DNA of 61,979 bases, filler included, from Candidatus Woesearchaeota archaeon (GTDB lineage Archaea > Nanobdellota > Nanobdellia > Woesearchaeales > B72-G16): assembly GCA_003650545.1 (NCBI GenBank). It is 10 parts of 10 records of this genome, joined end to end, with 100 filler letters (N's around TTAATTAATTAA, not from the genome) between each part and the next. Parts side by side here need not be neighbours in the genome. Positions count along the whole stretch, not along the records: positions 45,529 to 51,014 come from QMQO01000058.1; positions 51,115 to 56,535 come from QMQO01000059.1; positions 56,636 to 61,979 come from QMQO01000060.1; 7 more parts are not named here. One strand, given 5' to 3'. The stretch's first letter is position 1. Every line of letters starts with the position of its first letter. The notes beneath the pieces are model-generated. The model ran no database searches. It was not told the origin of the DNA and saw only the letters and a list, made by a program, of their open reading frames with translations. Positions 48,592 to 58,042 of this stretch are shown piece after piece. The position numbers were made by a program, and so were the translations under genes.

Positions 48592-48621
48592 AAGAATAGG
48601 TAAAGAATAGGTAAAGAATAG
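48592..48621. repeat. AGAATAGGTAA tandem repeat (about 2.7 copies)
   Basis: aagaatagg-taaagaatagg-taaagaatagg just after the stop at 48577. Confidence 0.8.
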
Positions 48622-48733
48622 GATGGATTATTTGAGGACTCTATTGGAGGAATCATAGAGTTCTCTGGTTCCTATAAGGATTCATATAAAATTAACTCTA
48701 TTAAAAAAGGATTTAACATTGTGGGGAGACTTG

Positions 48734-49183
48734 ATGAAGTATAGAGTATTAAATACCAAAGAAAAGAAAAAGGTTCTAGAGCTTTTAGAGCAACGGTTTG
48801 GTTTTGATGATAAGTTAGGTTATACTTTTTTGCAGAGCGCAGCAAAGATCTACTTGGCTAACAGAGAGTTATTTGACTTTGATATAGAAAGTTTGAGGAT
48901 TAACAATTTAGGCGTTTATTTCTGTGAGATAATAGGCCAGGATGTTAGGCTTAGTGTTGAAGGTTCTCAGTTGATAGGACCTAAAGCTAAGAAGAATGTT
49001 GTTGAACTGAATAGTGATGAGTTTAACGCTTGGTTGAAAGGCATGAATATTAATGTCGATGTTGATTACGATGGTTTTGTTATAGTCAAACATGGCAATG
49101 ACTATGCAGGTTGTGGTAGGGTGAAAAATAATGAATTAAAAAATTATTTACCCAAAACCAGAAGGATAAGTAAGGAAGCTTAG
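48734..49183 (+). CDS. NIP7/RsmF-C-like PUA-domain RNA-binding protein
   Basis: G.YF......RLS.EGSQL.G..A.KNV.EL...W..G..I...GFVIV......GCG.....L.NY.PK.RR; ATG at 48734. Confidence 0.72.
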   Translation: MKYRVLNTKEKKKVLELLEQRFGFDDKLGYTFLQSAAKIYLANRELFDFDIESLRINNLGVYFCEIIGQDVRLSVEGSQLIGPKAKKNVVELNSDEFNAWLKGMNINVDVDYDGFVIVKHGNDYAGCGRVKNNELKNYLPKTRRISKEA

Positions 49184-50310
49184 CCATTCAAGCTTTTCAA
49201 TATATTCAAAACATCTCTAATCTGAGTTGTAGAAAAATCAACACAACTAAAATCGCCTTTATGCTCTTCTGCCCATTTGCCATGTTTAAGCCATATTGTT
49301 GTTAATGCTAATTTTTTAGCAGATACCAAATCAACAGGAGGGCGATTGCCGACCATGATACATTCAACAGGATTGACATCTAGCTCATTCAAAGTCTTTT
49401 CAAATATTTTTAATCCAGGCTTGTTTAACCCAACATCGTCTGATGTAAGTATGACATCGAACAGCTTGTTTAAACCGAGCTTCTTGATGCGCTTCATTTT
49501 TATCTCTTTCTTACCATCAGAATCTGATATGAGAGCCAACTTTATTTTCATCTTCTTTAAACTTTTTAGAGTCTCTTTTGCTTTTGACACGAGCCTAACT
49601 TTAGACGAAATAGTCTTCCAGTATAAATTTACTAGTTTCTTGATATAGTCAGCATCAACCTTGATGTTTAGATTCGAAAAGGCTTCCCTGAACCATTTAT
49701 CTCTAGAAAGGTCTTTTGGGTTTAAACTATGGCCTGAATATTTTGCGTCAATTCTGTTGATCTCTTCAACAATTTTTTTAGCATCGTCCTTAAATTTTTT
49801 ATTTAAGAACTTCTCTAATTTTGTGTCTAGATGTTTTCTTACGCTTTCCCAATCTTCAATTGTGTTATCGAAATCAAATATTATTGCAGATATAGGGATT
49901 TTTTCTAGTACGACCGTGATTTTTGTGTCTGGCACCTGAAGGTTTTGAATAAGTTCTCTATTTAAGTCTGAAGCGGCTTTGTTCGCTTTGACACATAATG
50001 TTTTTGCATCTATATAGTTTGATTTCCTGATGATGATTTCTGTTGGATCACTCAATTTTAGATTCTTATTTCCGTAAGCTACTATAATTTCTTCTTTACC
50101 ATTGGCTTCAATGGTTATTGCTATCTTTGACGTTTTTAATACTGATTTGAAATCTCCTAGGTCCTGTAATGAATGAGAAGCAGAAACGCCAGCATAGCTA
50201 TCACCGCCTTTTGTTAGATAGTTATCTGTTGTAAATGCGATATTTGTTTTGTTTGTGCAAGTTATATTTCTATGTCCGCTGGCCCTAAACTCGAACTTCA
50301 TAGAATTCAA
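49180..50310 (-). CDS. DUF371 - HAD hydrolase fusion protein
   Basis: N-terminal GH.NI.....T...T.D..LT..GD...GV.A...RKS.Y...TL...ANKAA.DL.R (DUF371); C-terminal FDFDNT, SD, KP and VGN....D HAD motifs. Confidence 0.85.
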   Translation of the reverse strand: MNSMKFEFRASGHRNITCTNKTNIAFTTDNYLTKGGDSYAGVSASHSLQDLGDFKSVLKTSKIAITIEANGKEEIIVAYGNKNLKLSDPTEIIIRKSNYIDAKTLCVKANKAASDLNRELIQNLQVPDTKITVVLEKIPISAIIFDFDNTIEDWESVRKHLDTKLEKFLNKKFKDDAKKIVEEINRIDAKYSGHSLNPKDLSRDKWFREAFSNLNIKVDADYIKKLVNLYWKTISSKVRLVSKAKETLKSLKKMKIKLALISDSDGKKEIKMKRIKKLGLNKLFDVILTSDDVGLNKPGLKIFEKTLNELDVNPVECIMVGNRPPVDLVSAKKLALTTIWLKHGKWAEEHKGDFSCVDFSTTQIRDVLNILKSLNG

Positions 50311-50549
50311 ATCAGATCTTCTATCTTTTTTTCAGACTTTCCCTTACCTTTTTCTGTAATTTCTTTTGCTTCTTTTGCAAGGTCAATTCCGAGCTCTTTT
50401 AGGGCCTTTATATGCATCTGCATTAGTTGTTCTACAATCTGTAGAATCTTTAACATCTCTTCTCTTTCTTTGGCCAGCGTTGAAAGGGCACCTTTGTGGA
50501 AACCTATTTGTTCGTCTTTGCTAACTTCTTCTTTTTTTACTCTTGCCAT
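50307..50549 (-). CDS. Small coiled-coil hypothetical protein
   Basis: AGGTGA SD; EQIGFHKGAL.TL.KER.E..KI.QI.EQLMQ.H.K.L.ELG; 4-nt overlap with the next gene. Confidence 0.8.
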   Translation of the reverse strand: MARVKKEEVSKDEQIGFHKGALSTLAKEREEMLKILQIVEQLMQMHIKALKELGIDLAKEAKEITEKGKGKSEKKIEDLI

Positions 50550-50897
50550 TTGTTCACCTTCTTTCTTTATCTTTTTTATCTTTTAGTGTTATATTTTATT
50601 TTATTTATATGTTTTTCTTATTCTGAATGAGCGGTGAGAATCTTCAAGTTATAGCAACTGCGACAATGCTGTATTCTTAGCTATTAGAAACTGCTCTTAC
50701 GCTTGACTTTGTCAACCAAGAAAAAAAAGTGTCGGTCTTGTGCTAATGCTCTGCTAATACTATATTGCTAAATATTTTAAAACTTACTTACAATTTATAG
50801 CTAATTATACTTATTTATAATTTATAGCTTAATATTAGTAAACTATTAGTAAACTAAAAACTTATATCACTGGAAGTGCATTGCATTTTAAATTCAT

Positions 50898-51014
50898 TAC
50901 ATTTAAAGGATACCTTGGGCTTTAGCCCAACGGAACATCCTTTCCTCCGTTAGTTCTATATATTTGTAAATTAAATGAAAGAGTGCGCAGCGAAAATTTC
51001 GGCGCACTCAACTT
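50898..51014 (-). mobile_element. Terminal fragment of the same IS200/IS605-like or MITE-like element (copy 2)
   Basis: Minus strand reads TGAGTGCGC..GCGCACTC-tTTCAT...AACTAACGGAGG...TTCC-TTGGGC-taaa-GCCCAA-GGTATCCTT...ATGTA|ATGAA; lies at a contig end. Confidence 0.6.
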
Positions 51015-51114
51015 NNNNNNNNNNNNNNNNNNNNNNNNNNNNNNNNNNNNNNNNNNNNTTAATTAATTAANNNNNNNNNNNNNNNNNNNNNNNNNNNNNN
51101 NNNNNNNNNNNNNN

Positions 51115-51179
51115 AGAACCTGCAGAGCCACCAGCGCCAGTATTATTACTATCTCCATCTTCTTTGTATCCACCGGCAT
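51115..51179 (-). CDS. N-terminal fragment of a probable secreted or membrane protein
   Basis: MPVDTKKMEIVIILALVALQV..., truncated by the linker. Confidence 0.4.
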
Positions 51180-51283
51180 GGCAACACCAAATTGAGATTT
51201 GTTTTTCAATATTTATAGTTTGTTACAAAATTCCCTTATTTCCCGTTTTCCCTAATCTACACTTCTGCACACAAGCCATATCC

Positions 51284-51631
51284 CTAATCACTTTCCAGCT
51301 CGTATCTTTTTAGCTTTGCATATATAGTTACACCAGGATGTTCTTTCATGAATTTTTCTGCTTCCTCTGTTGTCATGATTATCTTCTTGTTGTCAAGGTT
51401 TGCAATCCATATTATCTTGTTGCTTCCAGGCTTTTTCACTATCCCTTTTGCTTCAGGTTTTGGTTTGTACCACCTGCCCTTCATCCATAACCCCATCCTT
51501 TTGTATTTATCTAAATCTTCCAGTTTGCAAACGAATATTTTAAAATCGCCGACTTTACCACTCTCTACCTTCCCTCCAAGGCTTTTACACTTTGTTTCGA
51601 AGTCTTTATCTTCAGTCATGCTTCCAACCAT
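51284..51631 (-). CDS. Hypothetical Lys-rich protein
   Basis: Open frame overlapping the upstream stop; start may be the downstream MTEDK. Confidence 0.65.
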   Translation of the reverse strand: MVGSMTEDKDFETKCKSLGGKVESGKVGDFKIFVCKLEDLDKYKRMGLWMKGRWYKPKPEAKGIVKKPGSNKIIWIANLDNKKIIMTTEEAEKFMKEHPGVTIYAKLKRYELESD

Positions 51632-52283
51632 ATATGCCTACTGGAATGGCTGATAACATCAACAGCACTCCTATCGGATTTTTGGCTATCGGTTCAGGTA
51701 TCTCGAATTCTGGTGGTTGTGGCTGTGGAGGTTCTGGAGGTAACGGAATCATAGTGACAGCAACATAAGTTAGATGACTGCCAATCTTTATTGTTCTTAC
51801 TCCAGTATCATAGTAGCCATCCTTCTTAATCTGGATTGTGTGTTCACCTGGTGATACTACGACTTTATGTGTAGTGTATTTATTACCATCAACATATATC
51901 TCTGCATCGATGTGTTCCTCTGTTTCTAAATCGAAGATTTTGAAATAGATGGATGAAGAAGAATATATGTTTCCACCTTCAATACCTACAAGGGATTGTG
52001 TCTCGTTTCTGGCTAACTGTTTAAAGGTGTTTACAATCCTGTCTATTTCTGTCTGGTTCAGATGATAAAGAGATGCCACGCTTCTCCATCGTTTAAGGTA
52101 TGGTGCTGTTATGATTTTGGCATTGTACCTGTAATAAAATGTATCACATTTATCTAATTTCTTTGTGGAAAAATGTTTTATTTCGATAATCTCTTCTTCT
52201 GATAGCGTGGCTATAGATGTCGTTGTCATTAAAATACCAGCAACAAACAATATCACCGCTATACCAAGTATCAACTTGTTCAT
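51612..52283 (-). CDS. PEGA-domain membrane-anchored protein
   Basis: Signal peptide; AEIYVDG......V.PGEHTIQIKKDGY; Pro-rich linker; C-terminal TM. Confidence 0.75.
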   Translation of the reverse strand: MNKLILGIAVILFVAGILMTTTSIATLSEEEIIEIKHFSTKKLDKCDTFYYRYNAKIITAPYLKRWRSVASLYHLNQTEIDRIVNTFKQLARNETQSLVGIEGGNIYSSSSIYFKIFDLETEEHIDAEIYVDGNKYTTHKVVVSPGEHTIQIKKDGYYDTGVRTIKIGSHLTYVAVTMIPLPPEPPQPQPPEFEIPEPIAKNPIGVLLMLSAIPVGIYGWKHD

Positions 52284-52349
52284 GGTTCTGGAATTGATGC
52301 ATTCATATATAAAATTATCGAGGGAATTGGATTAAACGGGAAAATGGTA

Positions 52350-54263
52350 TTATCCCAAACTTGCCCACCACTTTTGTTTTCTGATGATGATAAAGGCTAA
52401 GATGGAAGATGCAACTACAATTACAACTATAACAGGTAACAGTGCTAATAAAAACAGCTTCCAGTATAGCCTATCCACAGCTATGGTAAATATTGGGATT
52501 CCCGCACCCCATTCGTTTCGTTTGCCTTTGATATAACAGGATTCTTCCAATGCTTCTTTAACTGCATTTACAACTATCTCTTTGTCCCAGAAATATAGAG
52601 TCTTTGTCAAATCATATATTCCTCTATTCTTAGAAATCATTATGGCAATTCCACCTGCGACAAAGGGCGTCGAAAATGATGTTCCTGAGAGAACGTGTTC
52701 TTCTGTTTTGCCCCACGGCAGGCGGATGGATTCGCCAGGAGCAACCACATTTGGTTTGTCTTGCCCAAGATACCCTCTGCTTGACCACCTACACAACACA
52801 TCATCCTGAAGATTTCTTATGGTCTGCCTTGGGTCTTCAGCACCAACTGCAATAACATCTGGTGCTATCGCTGGAGAAAGTATCGAACCTTCCTGACCGA
52901 TGTTACCAGCCGATGCAACCACTATGATTCCATTCTTTACAAGTTCCTCAGCTTTTTTGACAAGCGGGTCGTTTTCAACAGGATATGCACCAGCGGATAT
53001 TGATACAATATCCGGCTTGAATGCCTTTGCCATATCCATTGCCTTGAGAAACATCTCTGTGGTTGTCTCTCCTTTATCATCGAAGGCTTTTATTGAAATT
53101 ACTCTGTAATTTGTAACTTTTGTATCGAGAATATACAGAAGTATCGAACCTACAGCAGTTCCGTGACCATATCTATCCTCTGATGAGTATAAACCAGGTG
53201 TACGATATCTCTGAATCTTACTCATATCTAAGAGGTAACCCTCAACATTAAATGTTCTGTCATTGCATCCCGTATCTATATAAACCACCGTAACTTTGTC
53301 TGATGATGGAGTTATATCGCTTATTCTAAGTAAATCGCACATCTGCTTTATCGTGTAACCTCTCGGATACTCTGGTCTTTCAGGTATAGGGATGTATGGG
53401 TTCTCGCCTTCCACCCCCATAACTCTAACAACGCCTGCTGTTGTTGATTTTTCCCCCATTGGATTTGTTACTGACAGCGTAACCGTGTATATTCCTGGTT
53501 TTTCATATACATGTATTGGATGTTGTTTTGTTGATGATGTACCATCTCCAAAGCTCCAGAACCATGCCACGGGGTTACCTAAGCTTTTGTCTTTGAACAA
53601 TATGGGTTCATCTACCTTTGGAAATGGAGGTTCTACCTTGAAGTCAGCTAAAACACTACCAACCGAGATGTTTAGCCACTGAGTGGTTTTGGATAAATTA
53701 ACTTCTCCAATTGCTGAGCCTGTGAAATCTCCAGAAACCGCTACAACTTTTATCGTATCCCCGGTACTGCCAGATATAGAGGTGGCATACATTCCCTTTG
53801 AGTTTGTTGTTGTTGTGCTTGTTTCTCCAGTATTCACATTTGTGACATATACTGTTGCACCTGAAATCCTTGTAAAATTGTATGTAACAATACCGGCTAC
53901 GCCGACTGGTTGTCTGAATAATTCTGTTGTAGCTGTTGTTAGTGAAAGATTGAGCCATTGAGTTGGTCTTGATAAATTTACTGTGGTTGTATTTTCTCCA
54001 GATAATGTTAATGCAACTGCTCTCAGTACATCTCCATTGTCTGCATACAACGATGCAACATATATACCCTCTGATGTTGATGTTGCAATGTCTGTTTCAT
54101 TTGTGTTGAGATTTGTTACTATTATTATTGCATTGGGTAAAGGTTGGCCATTAAGATACACAAATCCAGCAACGCCAACAGGCTGGCGGAGGGCGAAAGA
54201 GTGTGGGATAAACAAGAGGAGGAGCAAGAGGAGGATTGTTATTGGTTTTTTTATGTCCACCAT
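52350..54263 (-). CDS. Membrane-anchored S8 (subtilisin-like) protease with two carboxypeptidase-regulatory-like domains and a PKD domain
   Basis: Triad IDTG, HGTAVGS, SGTSFSTP.VAG; oxyanion AGN; PKD WSFGDG...HVYEKPG.YTVTL.V; likely start MVDIKK at 54263. Confidence 0.88.
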   Translation of the reverse strand: MVDIKKPITILLLLLLLFIPHSFALRQPVGVAGFVYLNGQPLPNAIIIVTNLNTNETDIATSTSEGIYVASLYADNGDVLRAVALTLSGENTTTVNLSRPTQWLNLSLTTATTELFRQPVGVAGIVTYNFTRISGATVYVTNVNTGETSTTTTNSKGMYATSISGSTGDTIKVVAVSGDFTGSAIGEVNLSKTTQWLNISVGSVLADFKVEPPFPKVDEPILFKDKSLGNPVAWFWSFGDGTSSTKQHPIHVYEKPGIYTVTLSVTNPMGEKSTTAGVVRVMGVEGENPYIPIPERPEYPRGYTIKQMCDLLRISDITPSSDKVTVVYIDTGCNDRTFNVEGYLLDMSKIQRYRTPGLYSSEDRYGHGTAVGSILLYILDTKVTNYRVISIKAFDDKGETTTEMFLKAMDMAKAFKPDIVSISAGAYPVENDPLVKKAEELVKNGIIVVASAGNIGQEGSILSPAIAPDVIAVGAEDPRQTIRNLQDDVLCRWSSRGYLGQDKPNVVAPGESIRLPWGKTEEHVLSGTSFSTPFVAGGIAIMISKNRGIYDLTKTLYFWDKEIVVNAVKEALEESCYIKGKRNEWGAGIPIFTIAVDRLYWKLFLLALLPVIVVIVVASSILAFIIIRKQKWWASLG

Positions 54264-55303
54264 GGCTTTCGCCTTTTCCATAATACAATAGCCACTATAA
54301 CAACTATTGGTATTGAAATTAACCACCACCAGTTATAACTTTCTCCCTCTGGTTGTTGTTTTTCTTCAGGATTGAGGAGAAAGGTCACCCTACCATCATT
54401 AACAAAATCCATCCTTTTTGTTTCTATCTGTGAGCCATAGAAAGCTTTTATTTCATAAGAACCTGATGACACTTCTACTTCAGCAACTCCGCTATTGTTT
54501 GTGTATACCACCTGCACAAGTGTATCGTTCTGGTAAATCTCTACTTTTGTGTCTGACAATGGGTTTCCATTTTTATCTTTGACCTCTATAAAAAGCGTTA
54601 TGTTGGTTTTTTCTGTCTGGTTGGATGTAGTGGTTTCGTTTGTATCCGAAGGTGGCTCTTGGCTTGTCTCTAAAGGTGCTATGTAGATGGTTTTCTGGCA
54701 GATGTCTATATAGCCTTTTGAGTCCATAACAATTAAAGAAATTGTGAAATTGCCGGCTTCTGTAAATGTATATTGAATAGAATGACCTGTAAAGTTTTGT
54801 TCATCTATTCTCCAGTTTGTGGATACAATATCCCCATCTGGGTCTGAAGATACATCTATAAAGGTGATGGTTTCGTTTACTCTTGGGTTTTCAGGACTCC
54901 ATACAAAGTTGGCGGATGGCGGGCTTGATGATGGTGGAACTGGTGGTGGTGGAGAGGAAGAAGTGGTTGATATTGAAAAATTGATGTAATGTGTTGTTCT
55001 GTTGAGATTTACGATGATATCTTTTACATAAGTTTCTCCACCATAGTTTACCGTAGCTCTAATTTTATGACCGTCTTCCCCGCCTATTGCACACACAAAC
55101 CATCCATCTTCTCCATTTTGTGCTTTTCTTGTATATGCTGTTGTTGTCTCTCCAGTATTCAAATTTTTGATATTTACAACTATGTTGTTTGTTGGGTTGC
55201 CATCTATAAGTATTCTACCAGCAATGCCAATTGGCATAAGTAATGCTTTAGCTGATGGTATCATGAGTGTTGCTAAAATAACAATACATACAATCTTCTT
55301 CAT
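54251..55303 (-). CDS. PKD-domain surface protein with a C-terminal TM anchor
   Basis: GGAGG SD; signal peptide; F.WSP.NP...ITF.D.S.DPDG.I...W...G.FTI.L.V.D..G; WWWL TM and KRRK tail. Confidence 0.82.
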   Translation of the reverse strand: MKKIVCIVILATLMIPSAKALLMPIGIAGRILIDGNPTNNIVVNIKNLNTGETTTAYTRKAQNGEDGWFVCAIGGEDGHKIRATVNYGGETYVKDIIVNLNRTTHYINFSISTTSSSPPPPVPPSSSPPSANFVWSPENPRVNETITFIDVSSDPDGDIVSTNWRIDEQNFTGHSIQYTFTEAGNFTISLIVMDSKGYIDICQKTIYIAPLETSQEPPSDTNETTTSNQTEKTNITLFIEVKDKNGNPLSDTKVEIYQNDTLVQVVYTNNSGVAEVEVSSGSYEIKAFYGSQIETKRMDFVNDGRVTFLLNPEEKQQPEGESYNWWWLISIPIVVIVAIVLWKRRKPWWT

Positions 55304-55304
55304 A

Positions 55305-56534
55305 TTATCCTCCTATAACAATATTTCTCGTGTCTGCAAGATTTACAACTATACAATCATATGGTTCAATTTCAAAAATGTCTCCAGAGAGACCGAAGTT
55401 ATAGGATAGCCATGTTTCATTTTGTAAATCGTATTTGAAGACCCAGTCTCCGCTCTGTAAACCTATTTCATCTATATCACATGATAAAATCTTTGTATCA
55501 TCGCTCCATGAAAGATAGTGATAACCTTTCTGCAAGACTTTTGTCTGGGTCGTATTTACCTTCTCTGTTACGTCTATAGTTAAAGTTCTGCTATTTGATA
55601 TTACCACAACCACCACATCCCACGGGTTGATTTCAAAGTTATCTCCAAGTTTTACAGTATCATTGTATTTCCAAAGGCTCATCCACTTGTTGGATGTCTC
55701 GTTGAATTTGTGTATCCATTCTCCTTTGTTTAGATTCAACAAATCCATTAGAGCTGATGCGTTTGTGGTTGTGTTGAGATGGTATGCAACGTAGTTTATG
55801 CCTATGTGGTTTGGTGAGAGGTCTAATGTGAAATTTCTCTTAACAGGGAGATTGACTGTATAGGTGTTGGATATATCAAAAGTTTCGTTATATACCCAAA
55901 GAGTTACATTGTATATGTTACTTATATTGAATGCGTAGGTCAAGTTAAATGGTGAATGTGTTCCATTTGGAAAAGTCTGTTCTGCAACGGTTATACCATC
56001 AATAATCCACTTAGTATGAGTAGATATGGATGAAATATCTGTGAATAAAATTGGTTGTTTGTTTACAGGATATGAGTATGTAAAGTAACAGGGTATGGGT
56101 TTTCCAAGTTCTAACTCTGCCATTGTTTTGGTCTCTGTATTTCCGGCAGAGTCTGTCGCTATTGTGTAGAATTGATAATAGCCCATTCCATCTGGGAAGG
56201 TAAAAGTCCAGTTCCAAGGAGATGATGAAATCGTCTCAAATAGTGTCCAGTCTGACCATGTTGAGTTATCAAGGCTGAAGCGGTAGTATAAGGATACTTG
56301 CTTTAATTCCAGATTATCGGATGGAGTGGAAGTTATGTTTGTTGTTTGATTTTGCCAATAAGCATCTGGATATATTGAAGATATGGATGAGGTTGGTGAT
56401 GTGATATCATAACCTGCTATTTCATCTGCTGTTGCTGGTGCTGATTCTTTATTGCCTGCATTGTCTTCTGCCATTGTATAGAATTGGTAGTAACCCTCCC
56501 CATCAGGAAAATCAAATGACCAACTCCATGGTGA
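55305..56534 (-). CDS. Ig-like repeat surface protein (5'-truncated)
   Basis: Repeated SPW.W.F.FPDG.GYYQFYT.A.D.AGN.E modules; frame open to the contig edge. Confidence 0.75.
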   Translation of the reverse strand, partial: SPWSWSFDFPDGEGYYQFYTMAEDNAGNKESAPATADEIAGYDITSPTSSISSIYPDAYWQNQTTNITSTPSDNLELKQVSLYYRFSLDNSTWSDWTLFETISSSPWNWTFTFPDGMGYYQFYTIATDSAGNTETKTMAELELGKPIPCYFTYSYPVNKQPILFTDISSISTHTKWIIDGITVAEQTFPNGTHSPFNLTYAFNISNIYNVTLWVYNETFDISNTYTVNLPVKRNFTLDLSPNHIGINYVAYHLNTTTNASALMDLLNLNKGEWIHKFNETSNKWMSLWKYNDTVKLGDNFEINPWDVVVVVISNSRTLTIDVTEKVNTTQTKVLQKGYHYLSWSDDTKILSCDIDEIGLQSGDWVFKYDLQNETWLSYNFGLSGDIFEIEPYDCIVVNLADTRNIVIGG

Positions 56535-56635
56535 ANNNNNNNNNNNNNNNNNNNNNNNNNNNNNNNNNNNNNNNNNNNNTTAATTAATTAANNNNNNNNN
56601 NNNNNNNNNNNNNNNNNNNNNNNNNNNNNNNNNNN

Positions 56636-56704
56636 ATGGATGAGTTAATCCGGATAGCCGATGAGAGGATGTATAAAGAAAAGAAAAAAAAGAATAAGAA
56701 GTAA
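56636..56704 (+). CDS. C-terminal fragment of a GGDEF-domain protein
   Basis: DELIRIADERMYKEK matches the L...AD..MY..K end of GGDEF domains. Confidence 0.7.
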   Translation: MDELIRIADERMYKEKKKKNKK

Positions 56705-56730
56705 CGTGCCAAGTGGTTCTTCTGACAATA

Positions 56731-56802
56731 TAGATTTCCACTTTCGTGGGAATAACAGAAAGGGGATGGCTCGAATAACAGAAAAAGGATTGCGGGAATG
56801 AC
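56731..56802. repeat. REP/dRS3-like palindromic element(s)
   Basis: ATTTCCAC-tttc-GTGGGAAT hairpin (56734-56753) and a second half-site GCGGGAATGAC (56792-56802). Confidence 0.5.
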
Positions 56803-56978
56803 CATAGATCCACCAAGGGCTGACCCATTTTTGTTTTTTTTGGAAAAAAGAGAGTTTTTGAAAAGTATGTAGTATCTTATATATATAGGTAAGTTAATGT
56901 AAAAATTTTAGTGGGGGTACTTTTAATTTTAGAAAAATATTAAAAATTTAAAAAATAAAATAAATAGGAGGTAAAGAA

Positions 56979-57407
56979 ATGGTAAATGAAAACAGAAAAA
57001 AAACAAAAGAGCAACTTATAAGTGAGATAGCAACACCTGTTATTATACTTTGGCAAGATATTCTAGCGATTCCTATTGTAGGGACAGTAGATTCAAAAAG
57101 GGCTCAACAAATAACGGAGGTAATACTAAACAAAATATTAGTAACACAGTCAAAGGTAATTATATTGGATATCTCGGGGGTACCATTTGTGGATACTGCA
57201 GTAGCCAACCATCTTTTAAAGATTAGCCGGGCAGCCAAACTCATGGGATGTGATTGTGTTATCTCTGGTATGTCTCCAGCGATAGCCCAGACCTTAGTTC
57301 GTTTGGGAATTGATGTGGGAGATATTATTACCACAACTAGTTTAAAGGATGCCCTTGTTTTGTCATTTAATAAATTAGGTTATGAGATAAAAGCAAAGAA
57401 GAAATAA
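56979..57407 (+). CDS. rsbR: Stressosome RsbR-like STAS protein lacking an N-terminal sensor domain
   Basis: EIATPVI.LW..IL..P.VG.VDS.RAQ...ILDISGVP.VDT.VA.HL...L.G....SG..P.IAQTLV.LG. Confidence 0.88.
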   Translation: MVNENRKKTKEQLISEIATPVIILWQDILAIPIVGTVDSKRAQQITEVILNKILVTQSKVIILDISGVPFVDTAVANHLLKISRAAKLMGCDCVISGMSPAIAQTLVRLGIDVGDIITTTSLKDALVLSFNKLGYEIKAKKK

Positions 57408-57517
57408 CGAAGAAGTGGTAAGACATGGACGAGTGCAGATGTTTATGTACATCTGCGGAGCAATCTGTTCCAATCTGTGAAAAGCTGTATCAATATGCAT
57501 GATAAGGAGAGATATTT

Positions 57518-58042
57518 ATGGAAGATAAAATTAGTTTATCCAGGGTAGCAATGCATATTTCCCGGGGGTGTCTTATTGTCCCTATCCAGATTGAGCTCTA
57601 TGATGAAATCATACTCCGGATTCAGAAAGATATTTTGGAAAGGGTAAAAGAGACAGGTGTAAAAGGGGTAATTCTCGATATCTCAGGGGTAGAAATAATA
57701 GACTCCTTTTTAGCTCAGGCAATATGCGATACAGTGAGAATGGCTTCTATATTGGGGGCTGCAACAGTCCTTACCGGTCTTAAGCCGGAGGTTGCAGCTT
57801 CGATTGTTGATCTGGATATTGAGTTTAAAGATATCAAGACTGCTATGAACCTTGAGGCAGGATTCCAGATATTAGAGCCCTTAATAAGACCAAAAGAAGA
57901 ACCAGAAGAGATTGAAAAAAATGAAAAAATTGAACAACTAAAAAGAGAGACTGATGAGACACAAGAAGCTCAAATTGATGAGGATGAAGAGATAGAAGAA
58001 GAGGATAGTTACGAAAATGAAGAACGAAGAAAAACGGATTAA
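57518..58042 (+). CDS. rsbS: Stressosome RsbS antagonist with an acidic C-terminal tail
   Basis: L.VPIQ.EL.D.....Q.D.L......GV.LDISGV..IDSF (conserved phospho-Ser)...LGA..V.TG..P.VA. Confidence 0.88.
   Translation: MEDKISLSRVAMHISRGCLIVPIQIELYDEIILRIQKDILERVKETGVKGVILDISGVEIIDSFLAQAICDTVRMASILGAATVLTGLKPEVAASIVDLDIEFKDIKTAMNLEAGFQILEPLIRPKEEPEEIEKNEKIEQLKRETDETQEAQIDEDEEIEEEDSYENEERRKTD

Noticed and set aside
7832..56635. Nine regularly recurring TTAATTAATTAA motifs flanked by Ns
   Set aside because: Identical artificial 100-bp linkers joining unrelated contigs; no cross-linker synteny can be inferred
56580..56828. ORFs 56580-56828 and 56584-56805
   Set aside because: They run through the N linker and lie antisense to the GGDEF C-terminal fragment
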